Positions 16,154 to 24,010 of a DNA stretch of 64,000 bases are shown one piece after another (position 1 is the first letter of the stretch; each line of letters opens with the position of its first letter). The position numbers and the translations under genes are program-made. The notes under the pieces were generated by a model, which worked only from the letters and a program-made list of their open reading frames with translations, made no database searches and was not told where the DNA came from. The stretch spans positions 5,865 through 69,864 of the IMG/VR virus record IMGVR_UViG_3300042901_002137; one strand, written 5' to 3'. This DNA comes from a virus (Duplodnaviria; Caudoviricetes).

Positions 16154-16788
16154 TTTTCTTCTTTGTTGAGCTGATTCTTTAATCCGAACTTACTATTAAC
16201 CATAAAATCATCCCAATCTTTATAACCCTTTTCTTGAGCATAAACATCGTTTTTCTTTCTCCGATATTCCTTTACATTTTCAGGGTCTCTCATTTCTTCC
16301 GAATCTTTAAAACCAAGAGATTTTGCACACTCGGATTCACACCATCCATGAGAACCGATTTCAATGTTTATTGGTAAATCAGTTTCCAAAGACTCAATGA
16401 AATCCTCAAATTGATTTGCCGCTACAAATGGCATCGTGTAGATACCCTCACTAACCGCGTATCCTGACTCATCTTCACTATCAAAGATTTCAATCCTACC
16501 CATTCGGTATTTTTCACCCATAAGTGAAAAGATACCATAACCAACAGTTGAGTAACTAAACCTACCAGGGTTGCTAACACCATTCATATCAACACAACCA
16601 GGGTTTGTCTCAATATAACCGGCAAGTTTATCCGCCAACTGCTCATCCGTAAGTTCTTGACCCTCGGCTCTCCTACGGATGTTTTGGAGAAACCATAACA
16701 GGTCTTTCCTGTTTATTTTCATATATCGTTCAATTTTATTTAATTTATGACTCATTTTAAGTGTTTTTGACCGATAATCATTACTCAA
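16135..16788 (-). CDS. hypothetical protein
   Basis: 217-aa ORF; start may be MKINRK at 16722. Confidence 0.7.
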   Translation of the reverse strand: MSNDYRSKTLKMSHKLNKIERYMKINRKDLLWFLQNIRRRAEGQELTDEQLADKLAGYIETNPGCVDMNGVSNPGRFSYSTVGYGIFSLMGEKYRMGRIEIFDSEDESGYAVSEGIYTMPFVAANQFEDFIESLETDLPINIEIGSHGWCESECAKSLGFKDSEEMRDPENVKEYRRKKNDVYAQEKGYKDWDDFMVNSKFGLKNQLNKEENTAQKE

Positions 16789-16801
16789 GTGACCTGTATT
16801 G

Positions 16802-16873
16802 TAGCTTCGGGTGGATTTGAACCACCGACCCTCTCCGTATGAAAGAGATGCTCTACCCCTGAGCTACGAAGCC
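16802..16873 (-). tRNA. tRNA-Met(CAT)
   Basis: TCTCT-TTCATAC-GGAGA; paired position 1-72, so elongator type. Confidence 0.85.
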
Positions 16874-16874
16874 A

Positions 16875-17366
16875 TTAACTAAAGTCAGTTGAAGTTGAAA
16901 CACGGAGACCCTCAATGTACTCCTCGTGTTTACGGTCACCCCAAACGTTACGTTCAGGATTTTCCTTGTGGTAACTTTCAATGTCCCAACCTTCTTCTTG
17001 ACCCCACTCTAAAGCCATTTTGATGAATTCTTCGGTATCCATCAACTCACCATATTCATCCACAACCCTACCATCACGAATAAACTTGAACAACTCTTCC
17101 TTGGTCTTGTAGAACTTGTTGGAATTCCAATTCCATAGAAACTTCCAACCACTACTTCGTTTACCTAAATGAATATTTGCTTCGTAAGTGAATTCATCCC
17201 ACGGATTTAACTTAGACCAAGAATCTTTAGGGTCTTCAATGTCCCTGAAATTACGCTCAATCAAAGATGGATTAATCCAATCCAAATGAGCAACACGGTC
17301 GTGTAATTTTTGGTATCGTTCCGTCATCTCCTTAGACTTCGGAATCCTGTAGTAGTTAGTTCCCAT
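16875..17366 (-). CDS. conserved phage hypothetical protein
   Basis: MGTNYY...IHLGKRSSGWKF pattern; start trimmed because extension overlaps tRNA-Tyr. Confidence 0.8.
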   Translation of the reverse strand: MGTNYYRIPKSKEMTERYQKLHDRVAHLDWINPSLIERNFRDIEDPKDSWSKLNPWDEFTYEANIHLGKRSSGWKFLWNWNSNKFYKTKEELFKFIRDGRVVDEYGELMDTEEFIKMALEWGQEEGWDIESYHKENPERNVWGDRKHEEYIEGLRVSTSTDFS

Positions 17367-17383
17367 GATTTTAAATTTTTTAG

Positions 17384-17465
17384 TGGGGGTAGATGGACTC
17401 GAACCACCGAACCAATTAAGGAGCTGATTTACAGTCAGCCGCAATTGCCACTATGCGATACCCCC
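17384..17465 (-). tRNA. tRNA-Tyr(GTA)
   Basis: GCTGA-CTGTAAA-TCAGC. Confidence 0.95.
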
Positions 17466-17471
17466 ATTATT

Positions 17472-17729
17472 TTACATACACATACTCCAACCCAAACTGT
17501 TTTGGGATTGATACTGCGAGTAAGTGCAGCGACGCATTGACTTATAGTCAGGACGTAGTTGACTGTATGTCGGGTTTTTTGATTCCCATTCTTTACGCTC
17601 ATTTACAACTCTGCGGTATGCCTCTTTTTTTGAAGGAGCCCATACATCGTTGAATCCACCACTAGTCCAATTAAACAAGTAAAGGTATTCACCTTGTGCG
17701 TTCCTGTACAATTTTTCTTTCTGTTTCAT
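17472..17729 (-). CDS. hypothetical protein
   Basis: 85-aa ORF; TATCTTTG 17734-17741. Confidence 0.7.
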   Translation of the reverse strand: MKQKEKLYRNAQGEYLYLFNWTSGGFNDVWAPSKKEAYRRVVNERKEWESKNPTYSQLRPDYKSMRRCTYSQYQSQNSLGWSMCM

Positions 17730-17776
17730 ACTTCAAAGATACAACACGTTTTTTAATTACACAAATATTTTTTTAG

Positions 17777-17847
17777 CACGGGTGGAGAGATTCGAACTCC
17801 CAACAACGGTTTTGGAGACCGGTATGATACCCTTTCACCACACCCAT
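17777..17847 (-). tRNA. tRNA-Trp(CCA)
   Basis: CCGGT-CTCCAAA-ACCGT. Confidence 0.93.
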
Positions 17848-17853
17848 GTATTG

Positions 17854-17928
17854 TGATTCCTGAGAGACTCGAACTCCCACATCTTCTCGTCCGTAGCGAG
17901 ATGTTTTATCCAATTAAACTAAGAAACC
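17854..17928 (-). tRNA. tRNA-Arg(ACG)
   Basis: TCTCG-CTACGGA-CGAGA. Confidence 0.93.
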
Positions 17929-17932
17929 ATTG

Positions 17933-18003
17933 TTACCCCCCAGAGATTCGAACTCCAATTAAGTGGACCAAAACCACTTGTCCTGCCGTTAGACGAGAGG
18001 GTA
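17933..18003 (-). tRNA. tRNA-Gln(TTG)
   Basis: AGTGG-TTTTGGT-CCACT. Confidence 0.93.
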
Positions 18004-18009
18004 ATATAG

Positions 18010-18083
18010 TAGGCAATGCAGGACTTGAACCTGCGACCCCCTGAGTATCAGTCAGGTGCTCTAACCATCTGAGCTAAGTGCCT
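18010..18083 (-). tRNA. tRNA-Ile(GAT)
   Basis: CCTGA-CTGATAC-TCAGG; one acceptor-stem mismatch. Confidence 0.9.
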
Positions 18084-18091
18084 ATGTATTG

Positions 18092-18166
18092 TGGAAAGGA
18101 TGGGAATCGAACCCATATCTTCGGATTTTCAGTCCGACGCGTGCTGACCAACTGCGCTACCTTTCC
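18092..18166 (-). tRNA. tRNA-Phe(GAA), second copy
   Basis: TCGGA-CTGAAAA-TCCGA. Confidence 0.9.
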
Positions 18167-18181
18167 GATTTGGCTACCAAT

Positions 18182-18205
18182 ATGTCAAAGAACTCTACAA
18201 AGTTA
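18182..18205 (-). promoter_or_regulatory. -7 element TAACTTTG followed by boxA-like GTTCTTTGACAT
   Basis: caaagtta 18198-18205; atgtcaaagaac 18182-18193. Confidence 0.6.
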
Positions 18206-18209
18206 AAAC

Positions 18210-18238
18210 AAAAAACCCGAACTTTTTGAGTTCGGGTT
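18210..18238 (-). terminator. intrinsic terminator
   Basis: AACCCGAAC/GTTCGGGTT hairpin plus T tract on minus strand. Confidence 0.75.
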
Positions 18239-18571
18239 CACGATTTTTAATCCTTGTTGAATTTACATGAGAATACCCGAACTAGCAATATTACGCTGAT
18301 ACCACTTATCACAAATGGCTACAAACGCAAAATTCATAATGAGTTCAAAATTAGTTTTCATGTCTTTATAATTATACCACAAATATACAAAAGTTTTTTA
18401 ACTTGTCAAATTATTTTTCTTCTTTACCATATTCTCGGGCTAATTTAAGGGCGATACCCACAAACCAACCACCCATGAACCCAAATAATATTGGATAATT
18501 ATTATTAACCAAAAGGATAATGACACCCATTATGGCAATTATATTGGCGTAGAAATATTTTGTGAATTTAA

Positions 18572-18769
18572 TCATTCCCAATAAGATTCATCAATGAAAT
18601 TCTCTAATTCATTGAGTTTAGTTTCCAAGGAATTCATGTCTTGTTTTAATTCACTGTTTTCTTTTTTCAACTTTTCATTCTCTTGTGAAACAACTTTTAA
18701 GTCATACAAACACATGGCCAAACAAAAAATTAAGAATAGAATTAAGAAAATTGAGGATTTGTTTTTCAT
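18572..18769 (-). CDS. TM plus coiled-coil small protein
   Basis: Hydrophobic N-terminus, heptad repeats. Confidence 0.65.
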   Translation of the reverse strand: MKNKSSIFLILFLIFCLAMCLYDLKVVSQENEKLKKENSELKQDMNSLETKLNELENFIDESYWE

Positions 18770-19194
18770 TAGATGATTTTGTCAGTTATATCTATCTCTC
18801 CATTAATTATCTTAGCAATACGGTTTTTTGCCCTATCACTTATGGGAATTGAGTTTCCTTCTTCATCAATTCTTACAAATTTTATATTTGTTCTCAATAT
18901 CACTTTTTGTTCCCCAGTATAAACATTGTGAACCCGACACTCCATATACATTGTTATTGATGTTGTCCCGACTTTATGAGGTAAACCATAGATTTTAATT
19001 AATGAACCTTCTTTTGCAGGTCTCTCAAAAAAACATTTATCAATTGATATTGTCACCATTCTTGGTGTATCACAGAGTTGCATTGCGTAACCCGCTGCTG
19101 CCGAGTCAATCCACGCAAGCATCTTCCCACCAAATAAATTTCCGTGAAATCCTAAGTCTGATTTTTTAATCGGGTGTGTATTGAGTAGTTCCAT
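18769..19194 (-). CDS. acyl-CoA thioesterase (hotdog fold)
   Basis: DLGFHGNLFGGKMLAWID...VT motif; start trimmed to MELLNTH. Confidence 0.85.
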   Translation of the reverse strand: MELLNTHPIKKSDLGFHGNLFGGKMLAWIDSAAAGYAMQLCDTPRMVTISIDKCFFERPAKEGSLIKIYGLPHKVGTTSITMYMECRVHNVYTGEQKVILRTNIKFVRIDEEGNSIPISDRAKNRIAKIINGEIDITDKII

Positions 19195-19209
19195 GATGTT
19201 TTGTATATG

Positions 19210-19283
19210 TTGTGTGAATGGGATTTGAACCCATGACCTTGATTGTATAAGAATCCTGCTCTTACCAACTGAGCTATCACACA
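19210..19283 (-). tRNA. tRNA-Ile(TAT)
   Basis: GATT-CTTATAC-AATC; top anticodon-stem pair mismatched. Confidence 0.8.
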
Positions 19284-19291
19284 AAATTTTG

Positions 19292-19376
19292 TACCGATGG
19301 CCGGACTCGAACCGGCACGGACACTACTGTCCAAGGGATTTTAAGTCCCTCGTGGCTACCTTTACACCACATCGGC
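19292..19376 (-). tRNA. tRNA-Leu(TAA)
   Basis: AGGGA-CTTAAAA-TCCCT; TATATTTG 19386-19393. Confidence 0.95.
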
Positions 19377-19420
19377 ATTACACTACAAATATATGTTAAA
19401 TTTTTGAGAGTCCAAACGAT

Positions 19421-20125
19421 TTAGAAAGTTTCTTCAAAAAAAGTATTGGTGTGTTGTCCTTCAATGTTTTCGGTATAAAACAATGTGAAAGTACCTTTAC
19501 TAACATCAAACACACCCGAACCTTGACTACCCTCGTTGATTTCCCATCCACCAGGTAACTTATCATACATATAATCTTTACAACTTTCAGGTGCACTATC
19601 TGTACTAAAATTTGTTGTCATATCATCTTCAATATACCCTGAATCACCACCACCACTGAAATCTAAGGTTGCCGTGATTATTTCATCATCCATTGATTTT
19701 AAATCATTAATACACTCAGCAAGTCTTGTATCTCCGTCAACTTCCCATTCTTCAATTTGTTCATCGCCAGCGCCATAATAATCTGCCCATACTGTTGCAG
19801 ATACTTCTGAAATACCAAAGTTGAACCTTAAATACATACCTCCCTGACTAAACTCATCATCACCAGGAAAATTTTGCCATACATCTTCAATTTTGTCTTT
19901 GAGCTCTCGGTTGTAAAATTCCAAAATTTTAACGGCAATTGCTTGAGGTACTTGTATATTTTCATTATAATAACCTCTACCACTTGTTGATGTAAAAAAA
20001 TCAACCTCAACATCGGTAGCGGGACTGTACTCATATTCAAATGAGAATTCTACTTCGTCAATTCCAAGACTCAACGAATATTTTTTTAAGTATTTAAATG
20101 CTTTGCTTTCTTCAGGTGTAATCAT
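19421..20125 (-). CDS. DUF6878-like protein
   Basis: FSGGGDSG and GWEINEGSQG motifs; TATTTAT 20130-20136. Confidence 0.55.
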   Translation of the reverse strand: MITPEESKAFKYLKKYSLSLGIDEVEFSFEYEYSPATDVEVDFFTSTSGRGYYNENIQVPQAIAVKILEFYNRELKDKIEDVWQNFPGDDEFSQGGMYLRFNFGISEVSATVWADYYGAGDEQIEEWEVDGDTRLAECINDLKSMDDEIITATLDFSGGGDSGYIEDDMTTNFSTDSAPESCKDYMYDKLPGGWEINEGSQGSGVFDVSKGTFTLFYTENIEGQHTNTFFEETF

Positions 20126-20136
20126 GTTTATAAATA

Positions 20137-20490
20137 TCAGTCGGTAAAACTCAACTTCAGAGTTTTAACCATCCAAACTGGTTTTTTTTCCAAATTTAGA
20201 CCATTTATCCATTCTTTGGCTGATGGTATGTACCCATTACAGTCTTCTTTTACATGTTGTTCACCAACATAACGAGTATAAACCGTTTTACCGTCTGAGT
20301 TCACAAAACTTTTACCGAACTTGTTTTCAAGTTCAAAAATACCTTCAGAATGGTGGCGAAACATTCTGTGTAATGAATCGCCAAACCATCCTTTGGTTTC
20401 ATCCAACCATTGGTGGATGTGGTCATAGTCTTCAGGTTTACCACCAAACTTGTGGGCTGAAGATTTACTGTGCTCTAGTGGATGTGCCAT
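20137..20490 (-). CDS. DUF6915-family protein
   Basis: MAHP..H..SS...GG..DY..IH.W.D...HR..RHH.EG...GEQHV.ED pattern. Confidence 0.75.
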   Translation of the reverse strand: MAHPLEHSKSSAHKFGGKPEDYDHIHQWLDETKGWFGDSLHRMFRHHSEGIFELENKFGKSFVNSDGKTVYTRYVGEQHVKEDCNGYIPSAKEWINGLNLEKKPVWMVKTLKLSFTD

Positions 20491-20668
20491 GACCTATTTC
20501 TCTGATTTCGTAAACACTTGAGTGAGTGGTGTTGTTTTGGAAAAGTTCTCTAATCTTTTCTGCTTGCTCAAGAGTTTCAAATTCAATGGATTCACCCTCA
20601 CTATCATTTACAATGACAGTCTTTTTTTCTCCATTCCAGTCTATGTGTTTTAAAATAACGTATACCAT
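20465..20668 (-). CDS. hypothetical protein
   Basis: 67-aa ORF in operon. Confidence 0.65.
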   Translation of the reverse strand: MVYVILKHIDWNGEKKTVIVNDSEGESIEFETLEQAEKIRELFQNNTTHSSVYEIREIGHGTSTRAQ

Positions 20669-20669
20669 A

Positions 20670-20912
20670 TTAATAAATTAGTTTTTCCATGTCAATTGAG
20701 TGTCTATTCAATATTTCATAAAATTTGTCTCGTACCTCAACGTATCCTTGATACTTCTCATCTGAAAGACTATCAGGAGAATATTTGACCAATTTTCGTA
20801 ATTCCTCCTCAAAATCATTAATCATCAAACACAAGTCAAGAGCTCTAATTGCACGCATATGAGCTACTTGGTCATCAAACTCATTTAAATCAAATTTTAA
20901 TATTGCTTCCAT
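20670..20912 (-). CDS. hypothetical protein
   Basis: MEAILKFDL.E.DD pattern. Confidence 0.7.
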   Translation of the reverse strand: MEAILKFDLNEFDDQVAHMRAIRALDLCLMINDFEEELRKLVKYSPDSLSDEKYQGYVEVRDKFYEILNRHSIDMEKLIY

Positions 20913-20925
20913 AGTTTAAAAAAAT

Positions 20926-21001
20926 TGGTCGGGAAGACAGGACTCGAACCTGCAACCCCCTGGTCCCAAACCAGGTGCGCTACCACTTGCGCCACTTCCC
21001 G
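20926..21001 (-). tRNA. tRNA-Pro(TGG)
   Basis: CCTGG-TTTGGGA-CCAGG; encoded CCA; TATCTTTG 21011-21018. Confidence 0.95.
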
Positions 21002-21036
21002 TTGTTAATACAAAGATAAAAATTATTGTGTGAAAA

Positions 21037-21234
21037 TCAAATACTAACCACCCTTTTTAAGGGAGATTGGTTCTTTTCATCAAGTAACTGAATGAAAAAT
21101 CTACCATATACTTCTGACCTATCCGATTTCGGATTCTTATTCATGTAGTCACATGTTACATCTCTCCAAAGTTCAAAAAACCCATACTCATGGGCCTTGA
21201 AACCGTAATATTCTGAAAGTTCTTCGTTAGTCAT
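21037..21234 (-). CDS. hypothetical protein
   Basis: 65-aa ORF. Confidence 0.6.
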   Translation of the reverse strand: MTNEELSEYYGFKAHEYGFFELWRDVTCDYMNKNPKSDRSEVYGRFFIQLLDEKNQSPLKRVVSI

Positions 21235-21468
21235 GGTAATAATATGTATCTGTTGTTTATAAAAAGTTAATCTTGATTTAACAAGAATACAAATATACTA
21301 TAAAAATCATTTGGTTCCAAACAAATTTTTACTATATTTATGATTATGTTCAATTATTGGAATACATTTTTACATCATCTTGGTACACTAATTTCAAATT
21401 ATAGTGCATCGGATGAGCACTCTGTATTTCGGACCCATGAACGCATAAAATAAACGGAAAAAAGTGTT

Positions 21469-21492
21469 AAGGGGTCATTTGACCCCTTTTTT
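21469..21492 (+). terminator. intrinsic terminator
   Basis: AAGGGGTC-ATTT-GACCCCTT plus T tract. Confidence 0.8.
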
Positions 21493-21521
21493 ATTATTAT
21501 TAAAAGAATTATATTTGTGTT

Positions 21522-22013
21522 ATGCAACAAGTGTTGGTATTAAACTATGACTACACCCCTTTGAACGTTACATCGCTTCAAAGAGGATTTGTATTGGTGG
21601 ATAAAGGAAAAGCTGAAGTCATCAAACAAGATGAGAATCCTATCGTTACAACGTATAAGACATACGTACGCCCACTTATTATCCGTTTGCTTCGTTATAT
21701 CAATTACCGTAGTTCCGGTATTAGTGTTAACCGTCATAGAATCTTCAAAAGAGATGGACACCAGTGTGGATATTGCGGTTCTACTCGTGATTTAACGATT
21801 GACCACATTCAACCTCGTTCAAGAGGGGGTCGTAACACTTGGACCAACTTGGTAACTTGTTGTTCAAAATGTAATTTAAAGAAGGGTAATAAAACACCCG
21901 AAGAGTCTCGTATGATACTAAGAGTTAAACCAACTCAACCAACATTTATTAACGACTACGATGGGTTAAATAATCTATGGGATGCTGTTAATCAATCTTT
22001 TCTTTCTAACTAA
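21522..22013 (+). CDS. HNH endonuclease
   Basis: VLVLN..Y.PL; CGYCG...TIDHIQPRSRGG.NTWTNLVTCC..CN..K; TATATTTG 21510-21517. Confidence 0.9.
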   Translation: MQQVLVLNYDYTPLNVTSLQRGFVLVDKGKAEVIKQDENPIVTTYKTYVRPLIIRLLRYINYRSSGISVNRHRIFKRDGHQCGYCGSTRDLTIDHIQPRSRGGRNTWTNLVTCCSKCNLKKGNKTPEESRMILRVKPTQPTFINDYDGLNNLWDAVNQSFLSN

Positions 22014-22039
22014 AAAACTTACTTTTTAAAAAAAATATT

Positions 22040-22333
22040 ATGGAATCACAAAATAATGAACTAACTCAAAACGACTTATTAAACGCATCTATTGTGTTCT
22101 CACAGGCAATCTCTCTTATGTTGGATAATGGCCAAGGTATTATCGTTGATATTTTACCTGAAATGGGAATTGTTCTTCCTGAAGAAACTGATAAAGTTGC
22201 GGTATTCAAACTTAACAACGCTGTTCACATTCAAAAGTATGATGGTGATTTAGAAGCTGGCACTTCGGTTAACATTAACGAACCCGAAGAAGAAACCCAA
22301 GAAAATCAAGAAACCCAAGAAACTCAAGAATGA
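22040..22333 (+). CDS. hypothetical protein
   Basis: 97-aa ORF with (Q)E(T/N)QE repeats. Confidence 0.7.
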   Translation: MESQNNELTQNDLLNASIVFSQAISLMLDNGQGIIVDILPEMGIVLPEETDKVAVFKLNNAVHIQKYDGDLEAGTSVNINEPEEETQENQETQETQE

Positions 22334-24009
22334 TAGTATTAGGTTTTTCTGTCGGTCACGACAAAGGAGCTGCACTTATCAAAGATGGTGAGGTTCTAAT
22401 TGCAATTACTCAAGAAAGATTATCTCGGGTAAAAAATGATGGTGCATATCAAGGTGGTGTAATTCCCTTGGATTCAATTTTATATTGTTTGAATGAATAC
22501 AAATACACCCTTGATGATGTTGATTTGATTGTCTACAGTACAACTGAAGTTACTGATACAACTTATGAACAACTTCAAAAGTTTTGGAATCTACCAAGAA
22601 AGAAGTTGATTCATATTCCACACCACTTGGCTCACGCTTATTCAACATTCTTTTCATCAGGAATGGAAGAATCTGCAATCATAGTGGCGGATGCATCAGG
22701 AAGTATTTTGAATTCAGATAATCAAACAAAAAATTGGTATCCTGAAGAATACGAAAAAGTTTTAAGTGGACAACAAGACTTGACTGAAGGTATTTCACTT
22801 TACCATTTAACCAAGTCAGGTTACACTGAAGTCTATAAAAAATGGATTATATCTCCTCCCGATATTAACACTAATGAATGTACTTCGGTTGGTACCATGT
22901 ATTCTGAAGGTTCAGTTCAACTTGTTTATGAACCAAGAACCCAAACTTGGCCCGCAGGTAAACTGATGGGACTGGCATCATACGCCAATCAAGATATTGT
23001 GGATGAGGCACCAAAATTTGCCCATTGGACTGATTCAACTCAAACCGATATTTGCATCCCAAATAATACAATCTACCCAAATGTGACTTGGAAATCTGAC
23101 TTCTTCTCAAGGGCTTGTGTTGCGGGAATTTATCAGAGAGAACAAGAGAGAATTTCTGTTATGTTATCTGAATTAGCAAAAAAATTAACAAAATCAAACA
23201 ATGTTTGTACTGCAGGTGGTTCTTTTTTAAATTGTAATTCAAATGAACGAATCTTAAAATCAGGTCTTTACGATGGTTGTTTCTTTTTACCACCGTCAGA
23301 TGATAGTGGAATCCCATTAGGTTGTGCATGGTATGCATATCAACAAGTTGCGGATATTGAAAAGACGGAAATGATTTCCCCTTATTTAGGTAAAACATAT
23401 TCTGAGGAAAATTTCCTAAAAGCATTAGAAGATTTCCCAAACTGTGAAGCAACCCATTATCCAAATTTTGATGATTTAGTTGAATTTATCTCAGATAAAT
23501 TAGTTAACAATAGAGTTATTGGTTGGTATCAAGGTGGTTCTGAAATTGGTCCAAGAGCTCTTGGTAATAGGTCAATCATCTCATCTCCAATACCTCATTG
23601 GATGAAAGACCATATCAATCATGATATTAAATTCAGAGAGTGGTATCGTCCTTTTGCACCCGCAGTATTGTTTGAACATCAAAGTGAAATTTTTGAATTA
23701 GATACCTACTCACCACACATGTTGGTTACCAGTCAAGTTAAACCTGAATGGTGGGACAGAATTCCTGCCGTTACTCACATTGATAAATCCGCAAGATATC
23801 AATCAGTAACAAAGGACAATAATCCAAGATTTCATCAAATAATTTCTTCATTCTATAACAAAACAGGGGTACCCGTATTGTTGAATACAAGTTTCAATGG
23901 ACCGAGAGAACCTATTGTTGAAACCCCACATGATGCCATTAGAGCTCTTCACAACTGTTATTTAAATTATCTTGTTATAGGAAATTACGTTATAGTTCAA
24001 AATAGATAG
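22330..24009 (+). CDS. carbamoyltransferase (NodU/CmcH/TobZ family) 1
   Basis: GHD..AA, ERLSR.K, HH.AHA, GKLMGLA, GPRALGNRS, RPFAP, LNTSFN. Confidence 0.92.
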   Translation: MIVLGFSVGHDKGAALIKDGEVLIAITQERLSRVKNDGAYQGGVIPLDSILYCLNEYKYTLDDVDLIVYSTTEVTDTTYEQLQKFWNLPRKKLIHIPHHLAHAYSTFFSSGMEESAIIVADASGSILNSDNQTKNWYPEEYEKVLSGQQDLTEGISLYHLTKSGYTEVYKKWIISPPDINTNECTSVGTMYSEGSVQLVYEPRTQTWPAGKLMGLASYANQDIVDEAPKFAHWTDSTQTDICIPNNTIYPNVTWKSDFFSRACVAGIYQREQERISVMLSELAKKLTKSNNVCTAGGSFLNCNSNERILKSGLYDGCFFLPPSDDSGIPLGCAWYAYQQVADIEKTEMISPYLGKTYSEENFLKALEDFPNCEATHYPNFDDLVEFISDKLVNNRVIGWYQGGSEIGPRALGNRSIISSPIPHWMKDHINHDIKFREWYRPFAPAVLFEHQSEIFELDTYSPHMLVTSQVKPEWWDRIPAVTHIDKSARYQSVTKDNNPRFHQIISSFYNKTGVPVLLNTSFNGPREPIVETPHDAIRALHNCYLNYLVIGNYVIVQNR

Positions 24010-24010
24010 T

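Noticed and set aside
3734-19334. ORF-track entries overlapping tRNAs (e.g. 3734-4048, 5014-5253, 12188-12397, 12480-12674, 15741-15932, 15856-16041, 17310-17540, 17853-18044, 19152-19334)
   Set aside because: Translations of tRNA sequences or their antisense
21522-22013. HNH gene as an intron-encoded homing endonuclease
   Set aside because: Free-standing with its own promoter; no interrupted host gene or intron structure around it
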